A stretch of DNA of 64,000 bases. It comes from an uncultured delta proteobacterium. GTDB taxonomy: Bacteria; Myxococcota_A; Polyangia; Polyangiales; Polyangiaceae. Shown in pieces: positions 21,258 through 35,298 of this stretch (positions within the stretch are counted from its first letter, which is position 1; each line of letters begins with the position of its first letter). The stretch lies in contig CAWJCS010000003.1 in NCBI GenBank assembly GCA_963841435.1, positions 32,001 to 96,000 of the forward strand. The letters run 5' to 3'. The translations under genes and the position numbers were made by a program. The notes beneath the pieces are model-generated. The model saw nothing but the letters and a program-made list of their open reading frames with translations, ran no database searches and was not told where the DNA came from.

Positions 21258-21800
21258 CTAGTCGCCCGCGTCGTTAGGGTGCGCGTGGTCGGCGTGAGCG
21301 TGCTCGTCGGCGGCGCAGCGAGCGTCCTCCCAGCCGACCCAGTACGGGCCGTCGGGGCCGTGCTCGCGCTTCCAGATGGGCACGCGCTCCTTGACCCGAT
21401 CGATGGCGGCGCGGCATGCCCGGAACGCCTCGCCCCGGTGCGGCGCGCTCGCCGCACACACGACGGCGATGTCCCCCACCGAAAGCGCCCCCACGCGGTG
21501 GAAGATGCACAAGAGCACACCCGGGATTTCGCGCTCGAGCTGGTCGCGGATGCGCCCCATCTCCGCGCGCGCCATGGAGGCGTAGGCCTCGTACTCGAGC
21601 AGTGTCACCGCGTGGCCGTCGTTCGTGTCGCGAACGGTACCGAGGAACGTGACGACGGCCCCGGCCCCCGGGCGGCGCACGGAGGCGACCGCGCGATCGA
21701 CGGACAGCTCGCCGCCGAAGAGCGCCACGAGCTCCGGTGCCCCGGCGTCGGACGGCGATGTAACGGCGTCGGACGGCGATGTAACGGCGTCGTCCGTCAT
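21258..21800 (-). CDS. moaE: Molybdopterin synthase catalytic subunit
   Basis: GAVVTFLGTVR, LEYEAY, HRVG.L, SAPHR, PIWKRE. Confidence 0.94.
   Translation of the reverse strand: MTDDAVTSPSDAVTSPSDAGAPELVALFGGELSVDRAVASVRRPGAGAVVTFLGTVRDTNDGHAVTLLEYEAYASMARAEMGRIRDQLEREIPGVLLCIFHRVGALSVGDIAVVCAASAPHRGEAFRACRAAIDRVKERVPIWKREHGPDGPYWVGWEDARCAADEHAHADHAHPNDAGD
21743..21792. repeat. 21-bp tandem duplication in moaE 5' end (DAVTSPS x2)
   Basis: cggcgtcggacggcgatgtaa twice plus a partial third copy. Confidence 0.9.
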
Positions 21801-22720
21801 GTTCCCGGCTTCCGGTAGTCGCCCGAGCGCCCGCCGGACTTGCGGACGAGCTCGACGCGCTCGATGGTCATGGCGCGGTCGGCGGACTTGAGCATGTCGT
21901 ACAGCGTGAGGGATGCGATGCTCGCAGCGACGAGCGCCTCCATCTCGACGCCCGTGCGATCGAGCGCGCGCGCCGTCGCGAGCACGCGCACCCCGGGCGG
22001 CTCCGAGCTCGGCTCGAGCTCGACCTCGACGCCCGTGAGCGCGATGGCATGACAGAGCGGGATGAGCTCGGGCGTGCGCTTGGCGGCCTGAATACCGGCG
22101 ATGCGCGCCGCCGCGAGCACGTCACCCTTCGGCGCCTTTTCGGAAACGAGCAGCTGGAGAGTTTCCGGGCGCATCGCGACGAAGGCGCGCGCCTCGGCGG
22201 TGCGCACGCTGACGCGCTTGTCAGAAACGTCCACCATGTGGGCGTCTCCGCGAGCGTCGAGGTGGCTCAGCGCCGGCCCCTTGCCGCCCACGATCTCGTC
22301 GAAGGCGGCGCGAAGCCTCCCCGCTCGCGCTTCTGGGCCCGAGCGACCCGGCTCCGAGAGCTTCGCGAGCACGTACCGTTCGAGCGCGCCGAGCTCGGAC
22401 CAGCGTCGCTCGAGCTCGACCACCTGCTCGCCGAGCGCCGTGCTCAAGGACGGAGGGATCGAAGTGGGATTCGGGTCGGGGAAGCACGCGCTCGACGGCG
22501 GGCACCGCCCGAGCCACGAGGTCCTCGACGAGGCTCACGGGGACGCTCGGCGCGGCGCCGCTCGCGACGAGCGTGCGACGATCCGCCGGGTCGAGCGCAC
22601 GCCAGGCTTCGAGCGACACCCGCGCCCCCACCCAGTCGAGCGCCCGCCGCGCTGCGAGGGGGATGAACGAAAGCGCCTCGTCGGGTTCCTCGAACGCGAA
22701 CAACCGAACGATGTTGCCAT
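21797..22720 (-). CDS. moaC: Cyclic pyranopterin monophosphate synthase MoaC fused to N-terminal nitrate-reductase-associated-protein-like domain; frameshifts near 22445 and 22715
   Basis: LSHLD..G.AHMVDVSDK, KGDVL..ARIAGIQAAKRT..LIPLCH, TGVEMEAL, TLYDM.K; N-terminal LFAFE..LSFIPLAARRALD..G..VSLEAW and W..LGALERYVLAKLSEPGR. Confidence 0.85.
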
Positions 22721-22815
22721 GAACGCTGTTTCGGTCCAGTTTCGCTCGTTATGGGCCCGGCAGGCGCCGTGGAAAGGCTTGACCGGGTGCCGATTTCTGC
22801 AACAGGGATGGAGCC

Positions 22816-23806
22816 GTGAGCCGCTCGCTGCCGATGCACGTCGCCCTGCCCCCGAGGAGCGTGCGCGTTTCGCTGACCGACCGCTGCGATCTCGCGTGCC
22901 TGTACTGCCGCGCGTCGCGCAGCGAGCCGTACGCGACCGACCGGCTCGACCTCGGCGCGATCCGCACGCTGCTCGAGGGGCTCTTCGCGGCCGGCGTGCG
23001 GCGCGTGCGCTTCACGGGCGGCGAGCCGCTGCTCTCGCCGCACGTCGTCGAGGCGGTGCGTGCGGCGGCGACCCTCGGCGCCGACGACATCGCGCTCACG
23101 ACGAACGGCACGCGCCTGGCGCGCCTCGCCCCGGCACTGCGCGAAGCCGGCCTGAGGCGGCTCACGCTCTCGCTCGATTCGCTCGACCCCACCCGCTTCG
23201 CGCGCATCACACGCGGCGGCCGCCTGGGCCCAGTGCTCGAGGGCCTTGCCGTCGCGCGCGGCGTCGGCTTCGACGAGATCAAGCTCAACACCGTGGTGCT
23301 CCGGGGCGAAAACGACGACGAGCTCGAGCGCCTGCTATTTTTTGCCTGGAAGCACGGCCTCACGCCGCGTTTCATCGAGGTGATGCCGATTGCCGAGGGC
23401 GCGGCCATCGCGAAAGAGCGCCTCGTGCCGGCAGCCGAGGTGCTCGCGCGCTTCGCCCCGTTCCTCGAGGAGGGGTCGCCCGAGCGTGACCCGGATCGCG
23501 GGCCCGCGAAGTACCGCGTCAGCAAGCTCGATCCGCGCCTGCGCGTCGGCGTGATCACGGGCACGACGGACACGTTTTGCGACAGCTGCGACCGCCTGCG
23601 CGTGTCGTCGAGCGGCACGATGCGGCCCTGCCTAGCGACCGACGAGGGCCGTCGCCCGGCGGGCGAAGCCGCGCGCCAAGGCAACGTCGAGGCGGTGTCG
23701 CTCGCGGTGCGCGAGGCCTGGCGCATGAAACCGGACGGCCGCACCTGGCGCGGCTGCACCGAGGACACCGCGAAGGACGTTCTCGATGCGTGCCGTCGGC
23801 GGCTGA
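22816..23806 (+). CDS. moaA: GTP 3',8-cyclase (radical SAM); frameshift near 23781 hides the true end
   Basis: RVSLTDRCDLACLYC, RFTGGEP, TTNG, FIEVMP, FCDSCDRLR..RPCL; shifted frame gives SMRAVGG* (TGA 23804-23806). Confidence 0.93.
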
Positions 23807-23817
23807 GGGGCGCGGCT

Positions 23818-24942
23818 TCAGAGCTCGGAGCGCGCGGGGCGGGGCGCCCAGCGGCGCACGACGCACGCGATGTCCCCGTTGTAGACCGAGCGCGGTGGAA
23901 GCGGGCGCCGGCGCGTGCGGCCGATGGGCTGCTCCGCTTCGAGCAGCAGCGCGACGCTCGCGTCGGGGTGACGATCGACGAGGCGGGCGAGGTCGCGCGC
24001 CAGCGCGGCGGGGCGCTCGAGGCGGCGGCCGTAGGGCGGGTTCGCGACGAGGGCGCCGAGCGTCGCGTCGTCGAGCTCGGCGAGCGAGCCGCGCGAAAGC
24101 TCGAGCTCGACGCCGGCGCGCCGGGCCATGCCGCTCGCCTGCTCGAGCGCCTCGGCCGAGACGTCGCGCCCCACGACGCGGACGGCGCTCGCTCGCTCCG
24201 CGGCGCGCGCTTCCTCGCGGAGCGCCGCCATGCTCCTTTGCTCACTCACGTCATGGCTCGCCCAGCGCTCGAAGCCGAAGCGCGCGCGACCGAGCCCCGG
24301 CGCGGCGTTCTTCGCCCACAGGGCGGCTTCGACGAGCAGGGTGCCCGAGCCGCACGCTGGGTCCGCGAGCGGCGCCAGGCGATCCCACTCGGAGTAGCGG
24401 AGCACGGCGGCGGCGAGCGTCTCGCGCAGCGGCGCCTCGGCGCCCGGGTCGCGAAAGCCGCGCTTGTGGAGCGGCTCGCCCGCCAGGTCGAGGTAGAGCG
24501 TCGCCACGTCGCGTACCAGGTGCACGAAGAGCCGCACGTCGGGGTCGCGCTTGTCGACGCTCGGTCGTGAGCCGAGTCGGTCGCGGATGCGGTCGACGAC
24601 GGCGTCCTTGGTGAGCTGCGAGAGGTATTCGGTGTGAGTGAGGCGGCTCGAGCGGCAGGCGGCCGACACGACGAGCGTCTGGCGCGGCGTGAGCACTTCG
24701 TCGAGGTCGACGGCGCGCACGCCGTCGTAGAAGGCGCGCTCGTCGGGCGCGTCGAACGTGGCGAGCGGCGCGAGCACGCGGCTCGCGATGCGCGACCACA
24801 GGCAGATGCGCTGGCCTTCGCGCCACTCGCCTTCGACGTGCACGCCACCGCGATCGGCGCGCACGCCCGAGACACCGAGCTCGACGAGCTCGTCGCGCAA
24901 CGCCGGCTCGGTTCCCTTCGCCGCCGTGACGAACAGCTTCAC
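23818..24942 (-). CDS. THUMP-domain class I SAM-dependent RNA methyltransferase (RlmL-like)
   Basis: LWSRIASRVL, LHKRGFR..EAPLRETLAAA, DPACGSGT..VEAA, NPPYG. Confidence 0.9.
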   Translation of the reverse strand: MKLFVTAAKGTEPALRDELVELGVSGVRADRGGVHVEGEWREGQRICLWSRIASRVLAPLATFDAPDERAFYDGVRAVDLDEVLTPRQTLVVSAACRSSRLTHTEYLSQLTKDAVVDRIRDRLGSRPSVDKRDPDVRLFVHLVRDVATLYLDLAGEPLHKRGFRDPGAEAPLRETLAAAVLRYSEWDRLAPLADPACGSGTLLVEAALWAKNAAPGLGRARFGFERWASHDVSEQRSMAALREEARAAERASAVRVVGRDVSAEALEQASGMARRAGVELELSRGSLAELDDATLGALVANPPYGRRLERPAALARDLARLVDRHPDASVALLLEAEQPIGRTRRRPLPPRSVYNGDIACVVRRWAPRPARSEL

Positions 24943-25517
24943 CCGCGCTCCACGTCCTCTTTCGTATCCCAGTCCCGAAGCTCGGCGAGCTCCCGGTCGT
25001 CGAGCTCGAGGGCGGCCGCGCCGACGCCGAGGCGCGCCGCCACGCGTTGCAGCGAGCGGTCGCCGGTGGCAAGCGTTTCTTCGACGGCGCCGAGCGCGCT
25101 GGTTTTCCAGCGCGCGGCGAGCACGTGGAAGACCGCTCCCTCGCGCGGGGCAAGCAGCTCCGCACCGGGTGCTTCGCGGGCGAGCCGCTCGACGAGCCCG
25201 GTGCCGAGGGACGGCAGGTCGGTCGCGAGGGCGAGCGCGTGCGTCGCGCCACGCGCACCGGCGTGAAGGAGCAGCGCACGCAGCCCGCCGAGCGGCCCCA
25301 CCCCGGCGGGCGCGTCGGGGATCGAAAGCAGGCCGAGATCGGCATGCTCGGTCGCATCGCCCACGAGCACGAGTGGGACGTCGCCAAGGGCCTGCCGGCA
25401 AGTGCCGACGAGGCGCTCGAGCAGCCGCTGGCCGTTCGGCGCGCGGAGGTTCCCCTTGACGATGCCACCGAGGCGCGTGCCACGCCCCCCCACGAAGAAG
25501 CCGACGATGAGCGACAA
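24939..25517 (-). CDS. mobA: Molybdenum cofactor guanylyltransferase
   Basis: VGGRGTRLGG..KG, GPLGGL, LATDLP, DWDT.ED; inside Moco cluster. Confidence 0.85.
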   Translation of the reverse strand: MSLIVGFFVGGRGTRLGGIVKGNLRAPNGQRLLERLVGTCRQALGDVPLVLVGDATEHADLGLLSIPDAPAGVGPLGGLRALLLHAGARGATHALALATDLPSLGTGLVERLAREAPGAELLAPREGAVFHVLAARWKTSALGAVEETLATGDRSLQRVAARLGVGAAALELDDRELAELRDWDTKEDVERG

Positions 25518-25579
25518 GGGCAGAACCCTTAGCGCGGGGGCTTTGACGGGTCCATCCTGGCGGCGTAGAAGGGCGCCCG

Positions 25580-27011
25580 GTGACCGCTCCGCTCGGTGAC
25601 CACGCGCGCCTCAGCCTGGCGTTCTTCGCGAGTCGCGTCCTTCTTCACGCGCTGGGCCTGCAGACGAGCTTCGATCTCGGCTGGATGTTCCTCGCCGATC
25701 CGGTCGATTTCGAAGGAGCACCTCGCCTCGACCCTGGTGTGGTTTCACGCCTACCCGCCCGGGTGGAATCTCCTCACGGGCGCGCTGCTCGCGCTCGGCG
25801 ACGCCGCCTCGCTCGCGGGCTCCCTTTTCGGCCTTCTGGGCCTCGTGCTCGTGAACGCGCTCTTCGTGCTCGGACGAGCGCTCGAGCTTTCGCGGAGGAC
25901 GGCCTTCGCGCTTGCGCTCGCGTTCTCGCTCACGCCCCCGACGCTGTACTTCGAGCACCTCTATCACGAGACGTACGTCACCGCGTTCCTGCTCGTGCTC
26001 GCCGCGTTGCTCTTGTACCGCGCCGTCTCGTCGGAGCGCGCGGGCACGTTCGCAGCGTTCTTCTCCGCTTGTGCGCTCGCGTCGGTCTTCAGGAGCACGT
26101 TTCATCCCCTCTGGCTCGTCGGGATGGTCGCGCTCGCGCTCGCCGTCGTGCGCCCGGCGGCGAGGCGGCGCGTGCTCGTCGGCGCGATAGGTCCGCTCTT
26201 CGTGGTCGGCGCACTGTGCGTCAAGAACGCCGCGCTGTTCGGCTTCTTCGGCCTCACGTCGCAGACGAGCTTCCTCGTGCACTCGACCGTCCGCCGTCTA
26301 CCGCCTGAGCTCTTGAACGCGTGGGTTCGCGAGGGCAAGCTCTCGAAGCTCGCGAGCATCAGCGTGTACGCCGGGCCGAGCGCGTACGACGGCCTGCTCC
26401 CGCCGCCACCGGCCGGCCTGCCCTCCCTCGTGACGGCGCTCGAGCGCCCGACGACGCACCAGCCGAACTTCAATCACTGGTATTTTCTCGAAGCGAGCCC
26501 AATCCGCGAGGCCGATGCCCTCACCGTGATCCGCGAGCGCCCCGGCGCGTACGCGAAGACCGTGCTCGCGGGGCTCCGTCAGCTCTTCGAGCCCTCGACG
26601 CACTGGCACCCGCACGACGCGCAGCCGAGTGGACCGCATTTTTCACACCGGCAGGTGCTCGGAAAGTACGAGGCGGCGTACGACCGCGTCGTGCACGGCG
26701 TGCCGTTCTCGCCCGTCGGGCTGTATATTTTTCTGCCGTTCGCGCTGGTCGCGGGTGTCGAGCGCACGCGGCGCCTGCTTGCCGCGCACGGGCGCGGCGC
26801 GCGGGCGGAAGCGGCGCTCGTCGTCTTCTGCCTCGTGCAAATCGCGTTCGTCGTCGTCGTGAGCAGTCTCGTGACGTTCTCGGAGTCGGCGCGCTACCGC
26901 TACGCGATCGAGGCGCCGATCTGGCTGCTTTTCGCCGTCTGGCTCCGTGACCCCTGGCCGCACGCACGCGCGCTCGTGGCCCGCCTGACGGCCCGCTCGT
27001 CGCGCACTTGA
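25580..27011 (+). CDS. Polytopic membrane protein, possibly GT-C-fold glycosyltransferase; frameshift near 25710
   Basis: About 11 hydrophobic segments, HAYPPG.N, FEHLYHET, ESARYRY; large extracytoplasmic loop. Confidence 0.65.
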
Positions 27012-27046
27012 CAGAACGCTGGAAGGCAAGGACCTTCTAGCGTCGC

Positions 27047-28480
27047 ATGGAGCTTCGATCCCGAGTGGCCTTGCTCGCCGTCGTGTGGCTCGTCGCGTGC
27101 GATGGCGGCAAGGCGGAGCAGGGGCCGAGCACGAGCGGGGGCGCGGCGGGAGGACCGACCGGGGGCGCGGGGGCCGGCGGCGCGAGCGGCAGCACGGGAG
27201 CGAGCGGCTCCGGGGGCGACGCTCTCGCGGGGAGCGGAGCGGTCGGCGCGAGCACGGGCGAAAGCGGTGGTTTCGCGCAGGGTGGCGGCGCCGGCGAGGC
27301 GGGCAGCGCGGCCGCGGGCGGTGCGGCAACCGGCGGGGCAGGCGCAGGCGGCACGGGGACTTCCGGCATGGGAGCGAGCGGCGCCGGGGGTGTCGCGGGA
27401 GCGGCCGCGGGTGGAGCGGGTGGAGCAGGTGACTCGGGGGCGGCTGGCGGCGGCGCCGGCGGCATCGAGATCGCGATCATCGGCGGCACCGACGGCAACA
27501 TCCGCGTGTATCGCTTCGATCGCGCAGCGCGCACGCTGTCGAGCCCCACGCTGGTCGATGCGGGCAGCTACCCGTCGTTCATGACCGTGGATCCGGAGCA
27601 TCGACACCTCTATGCCGTGCTCGAAGCGTCCGCCAAGGTCGCGGCGTTCTCGATCGACGCCACGACCGGGGCGCTCACGGCGCTCAACCAGGTCGATTCC
27701 GGGGGCGGCGCGCCGGCGCACGTGTCGGTCGATCACTCGGGCCACTGGGTGATGGTCGCCAACTACAACGGCGGCTCGGTGCGCATCTTTCCCATCGAAA
27801 CCGACGGCTCGCTCGGCGCGCCGAGCGACACGCAAACGCCGGGCACGAACCCGCACCTCGTCCTCACGGACGCCGCGAATGCGTTCGCCTTCGTGCCCTG
27901 CAAGGGGTCGGACTACGTCGCAGAGTTCGCGTTCGACGCCCAGACCGGCAAGCTCACGGCCAACGCCACGCCGACCGTCCCGACGGCGTCGGGTGCCGGC
28001 CCGCGCCACCTCGCCTTCCACCCGAATGGCGCGTTCGCCTACCTCATCAACGAGCTCGACGACACGATGACGGCGCTCTCGTACGACGCCGCGACCGGTC
28101 GCCTCACGCCCATCCACACGCTCTCGACGCTCCCCACGGGCGCGAACGGCGCGAGCAACTCGACCGCCGAGGTCGTCGTCCACCCGACCGGCAAGTTTCT
28201 CTACGGCTCGAATCGCGGCGACGACAGCATCGTCGTTTACACACTCGATCCAACGACCGGCCGCATGACACTCGCGGGCCACGATCCCTCGGGCGGCCGC
28301 ACGCCGCGGCATTTTTCGCTCGACGACACCGGCACGGTGATGCTCGTCGCAAACCGCGACACGAGCAGCGTCGTCGTCTTCAACGTCAACGCGAACACGG
28401 GGCGGCTCACCCAGGCAAGCTCGGTGACCGGCCTCGCGCAACCCGAGTATGCCGCGCTCGTGCGGCTGCCCGGGAACTGA
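27047..28480 (+). CDS. 6-phosphogluconolactonase-family 7-bladed beta-propeller lipoprotein with Gly-rich linker
   Basis: WLVAC lipobox, long Gly/Ala/Ser linker, PAHVSVD, VANYNGG, GPRHLAFHP, FLYGSNRG, PRHF. Confidence 0.88.
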   Translation: MELRSRVALLAVVWLVACDGGKAEQGPSTSGGAAGGPTGGAGAGGASGSTGASGSGGDALAGSGAVGASTGESGGFAQGGGAGEAGSAAAGGAATGGAGAGGTGTSGMGASGAGGVAGAAAGGAGGAGDSGAAGGGAGGIEIAIIGGTDGNIRVYRFDRAARTLSSPTLVDAGSYPSFMTVDPEHRHLYAVLEASAKVAAFSIDATTGALTALNQVDSGGGAPAHVSVDHSGHWVMVANYNGGSVRIFPIETDGSLGAPSDTQTPGTNPHLVLTDAANAFAFVPCKGSDYVAEFAFDAQTGKLTANATPTVPTASGAGPRHLAFHPNGAFAYLINELDDTMTALSYDAATGRLTPIHTLSTLPTGANGASNSTAEVVVHPTGKFLYGSNRGDDSIVVYTLDPTTGRMTLAGHDPSGGRTPRHFSLDDTGTVMLVANRDTSSVVVFNVNANTGRLTQASSVTGLAQPEYAALVRLPGN

Positions 28481-28566
28481 GCGCGCGACCCCGGTCTCTC
28501 ACCGAAATGGCGTCGAGGCGCGTCGTTCCACGGCCAGGCCCCAAGCGTGCGGCGCCGAGCCGCCGC

Positions 28567-30560
28567 TCACGTGACGTGGCGGCGTAGCTCGGCGAGCTCG
28601 CGCTCGAAGCCGCCCGAGAGAATGGGAAAGCGATACCAAGTCTTCGGATCGAGGCTTTCGTCGTCGACGTGGAAGCTTGGCGCGTAGCGCTCGCGCTTCC
28701 ATTGATTGCGGGCGAAGAGGCGAAAGAACCGCTCGAGGTAGGTGACGAGCTCGGTGGGCGTGAGGGCCGGAAAATCGCGCCGCAAGAGCTCGAAAATCTC
28801 GACGGGCGGGAGCTTGTCGCGGATGGCCGAGCGCTCGATCGCGTCGAGCAGATCGTAGGGCATGAGATCGTTCTCGTCCGTCTGGCCCGACCCCGCGGGG
28901 CGAAGCTCCGCCGTGGGTGCCTGAACGTTCACCGCCGCGAGCGCGGGGAGCGGGCCGAGCCCCGCGGGGCCCTCACCTTCGAGCCAGCGTAGGTACGAGC
29001 GCACGAAGTGCTTGTCGACGCCGGCAATCGGGCAGAGGCCGCCCGCAGTGTCGCCGTCCATCGTGGCGTAGCCGACGGCCGCCTCGGAGCGATTGCTGGT
29101 GGACAGCAGCAGCGCGCCGAGCAAGTTGGCGACGAGCCAGACGCTCGGCGCGCGGGCCCGCGCCTGGATGTTCTGCAGCGCAAGATCATCCGTCTCCCAG
29201 CCGAGCTCGCGGCCGAGCGCCGCCTCGACGCGACCGACGTAACCCGAAACGAGCTCCGCGACGTCGAGCTCGAGGTGGCGCGCGCCGAGCGCCTCGGCGA
29301 CGGCGCGGGCCGCGGCGCGCGTCGTCGCCGAGCTCTGGGCCGTCGCCTGGTAGACGGTCGTGAGCAGCTGGCCGACGACGCCCGTGACGCTCCCGGCCGA
29401 TTCGAGCTCGGGGACGTGAGCGAGCCGGTGGCGGAGCCCGTCGCGGCCGAGCTCGGCGTCTGCGAGCCGCACCATCATCGCCACGAGGCAGGCGACGAGC
29501 GCGGAGTCGGCGCCGCCGCTCAACGAAACCACCGCGCCCCGGGAGCGGCTCTTTCTCGTGTAGTCGAAAAGCGCGAGGGCGAGCGCTCGGGTGAGCTCTT
29601 CTTCCTTGAGGTGCGCCGAGGTTTCCCAGGGGGCGAGCGCGGCACCGGCGCCGGGCGCGTCGAGCGGCGAGGCGGCGTCGATCGGCGGAAAGGCGAACGC
29701 CCGGTGAGCCACGGTCATCGCGAGCGCGGCCTGCTCGGGAGGCGCCGCGCGGCTGCGCGTCGAGCGCTCCGGATCGAGGTCGAGCACGGCGGTCGTGAGC
29801 TCGACATCGCGGTACGAAAAGCGCCGTCCCGTCGCCACCAGGTGGCCGTCGAGGGCGATCAGCGTGTCACCGTCGTAGATCGCCCGCCCGGCCTCGTTGC
29901 CGAGCAGGTTCGCGTACACGTAGCCGACACCGAACGAGCGCGACCCCTCGAGCACGAGCCGGCGCCGCACGGCGTGCTTGCCGAAGGCGAAATGGCTCGC
30001 GCTGGGGTTCAGGAGCAGGTCGGCGCCGGCGAGCGCGAGATCAGCGCCGCGCCGTTCTTCCACCCAGGCGTCCTCGCAAATCTCGAAGCCTATCTTGACG
30101 CCACCGGCGTCGAACAAGAGCTCCCCCACGGGTAGCTCTTCTCCGAACAGCGACACGCGCTCCACTTCGCCGCGCGGCCAGGAGCGAAACCAACGTGGCT
30201 CGTAGTGAATGCCGTCGTTGGCGAGCGCGCGCTTGGCGGCGAGCCCCACGACACGCCCGTCGACCGCGAGCGCCGTCGCGTTGAAGACATGCCGCCCGAG
30301 CTCGAGCGGCAGCCCGAGGCTCACGACGATGCCCCGCGTTTCCGGCAGAATTTCAGCTAGGATCGCCTGCGCCGTCTTGCGCACGAACGGCGCGAGGAAC
30401 GCGTCCTCGCAGCCGTAGCCCGTGATGCAGAGCTCGGGCAGACACAACACCGAAACGCCCGCGTCGCGCGCCTGCCGGATGGCAGCGACGACGTTACGAC
30501 GGTTTTCCGCCCAGGCGAGCGGCGTCTGATTGAGGGCGGCGGCGGCGACCTTGACGAGCT

Positions 30561-30564
<4 letters not shown>
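28567..30564 (-). CDS. nadE: Glutamine-dependent NAD+ synthetase
   Basis: Nitrilase domain [26 protein letters not shown]; synthetase [30 protein letters not shown]. Confidence 0.95.
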
Positions 30565-34245
<3,681 letters not shown>

Positions 34246-34264
34246 GTCGGGTTTTTGCCTTTTG

Positions 34265-35203
34265 TCATGGCTTCTCGCAAAAGACGCTCACGATTTCGAA
34301 ATGGGGCTTTTTGCGCTCGCGCGACGTGATCGCCGCGAGCTCGACGGTGAGGCCGCGTTCTTCGCACAGCGCCTGGAGCGCGATCGAGGAAAAACCGCCA
34401 TTTTCGTGACCGTAGCTGCGCGTGAGCGCCTGGTGCGGATGCTCGGCCAGCGTCACGAACGAAGAGCGACCTCCGGGGCGGAGCACGCGTGCGGCCTCCG
34501 AAACGACCACGCGCGGCTCACTCGCGTAGGTGAGCACGTTGAGCAGGAGAACCTCGTCGAAACAGGCGTCGCCGAAGGGCAACCCGTGCATATCGCCTTT
34601 GACGAAGCTCACGTTTTCGTGGCGCCCGAGCCGACGGCGCGCGGCCTCGAGCATGCGTTCGCTCGAGTCGAGCAGCGTGACGCTGCGGGCGCGGGTGACA
34701 TAGAGCTCGGCGACGGCGCCGTCGCCCGAGCCCACGTCGAGCACGTCGCCGAAGCGCGTGAGGCCGAGCAGCCCGCGCGCCGTCGCGTCCCAGGTTCGAC
34801 CCGGCGAGTAGTGCCGCTCGAGCTCGCCCGCGACCGAATCGACCCACGAGCCCGCGCGCTCGCGCAACAGCGCCTCGCGCCGGGCGCGGTCCCCCTCGAG
34901 CACGGCATCGCCCAGCTGAGCGGTGACGAGCTCCCAGAGCGCGCGCGCCGCAGCCGGCGTCGCCGGCCCCGCCTGCGTGTAGAACGTCGAGGCGCCGAGC
35001 TTGCGATCTCGCAGCATTCCCGACTCCCGGAGCCGGGCGAGGTGCGTCGAGACGCGCGACTGGGGCAGCCCCGTGATGTTCGTGAGCTCGGCGACGGTGA
35101 GCTCCTCGTCGGCCAGCAGCGACAGCAGACGCACCCGCGTCGGATCGGCAAAAGCCTGCAAGAGCGAGACGGAGGCCTCGAGGGAAACGGTACTATCAAT
35201 CAA
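34265..35203 (-). CDS. ArsR-HTH / SAM-binding methyltransferase-fold regulator (SahR-like)
   Basis: ADPTRVRLL..L..EELTVAEL..QSRVSTHLARLRE; YSPGRTW; VLDVGSGDG; directly upstream of metH; start uncertain. Confidence 0.88.
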   Translation of the reverse strand: MIDSTVSLEASVSLLQAFADPTRVRLLSLLADEELTVAELTNITGLPQSRVSTHLARLRESGMLRDRKLGASTFYTQAGPATPAAARALWELVTAQLGDAVLEGDRARREALLRERAGSWVDSVAGELERHYSPGRTWDATARGLLGLTRFGDVLDVGSGDGAVAELYVTRARSVTLLDSSERMLEAARRRLGRHENVSFVKGDMHGLPFGDACFDEVLLLNVLTYASEPRVVVSEAARVLRPGGRSSFVTLAEHPHQALTRSYGHENGGFSSIALQALCEERGLTVELAAITSRERKKPHFEIVSVFCEKP

Positions 35204-35220
35204 TCCGGATGAACGGATTA
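35201..35220. promoter_or_regulatory. Palindrome AATCCG-N6-CGGATT at start of sahR-like gene (candidate auto-operator)
   Basis: Perfect 6-bp inverted repeat 35202-35219 in an AT-richer patch. Confidence 0.5.
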
Positions 35221-35298
35221 TAGCTCCCGCACCGTGCCGGGTGCAAGGACGGCACCGGGCCCCCTTTCGATCCGCCTCGCATGCAGTACATCTGCGAT

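Noticed and set aside
22816-24570. 584-aa MoaA with novel C-terminal extension
   Set aside because: Extension is antisense to the THUMP methyltransferase; a one-base shift restores the canonical MRAVGG* end at 23806
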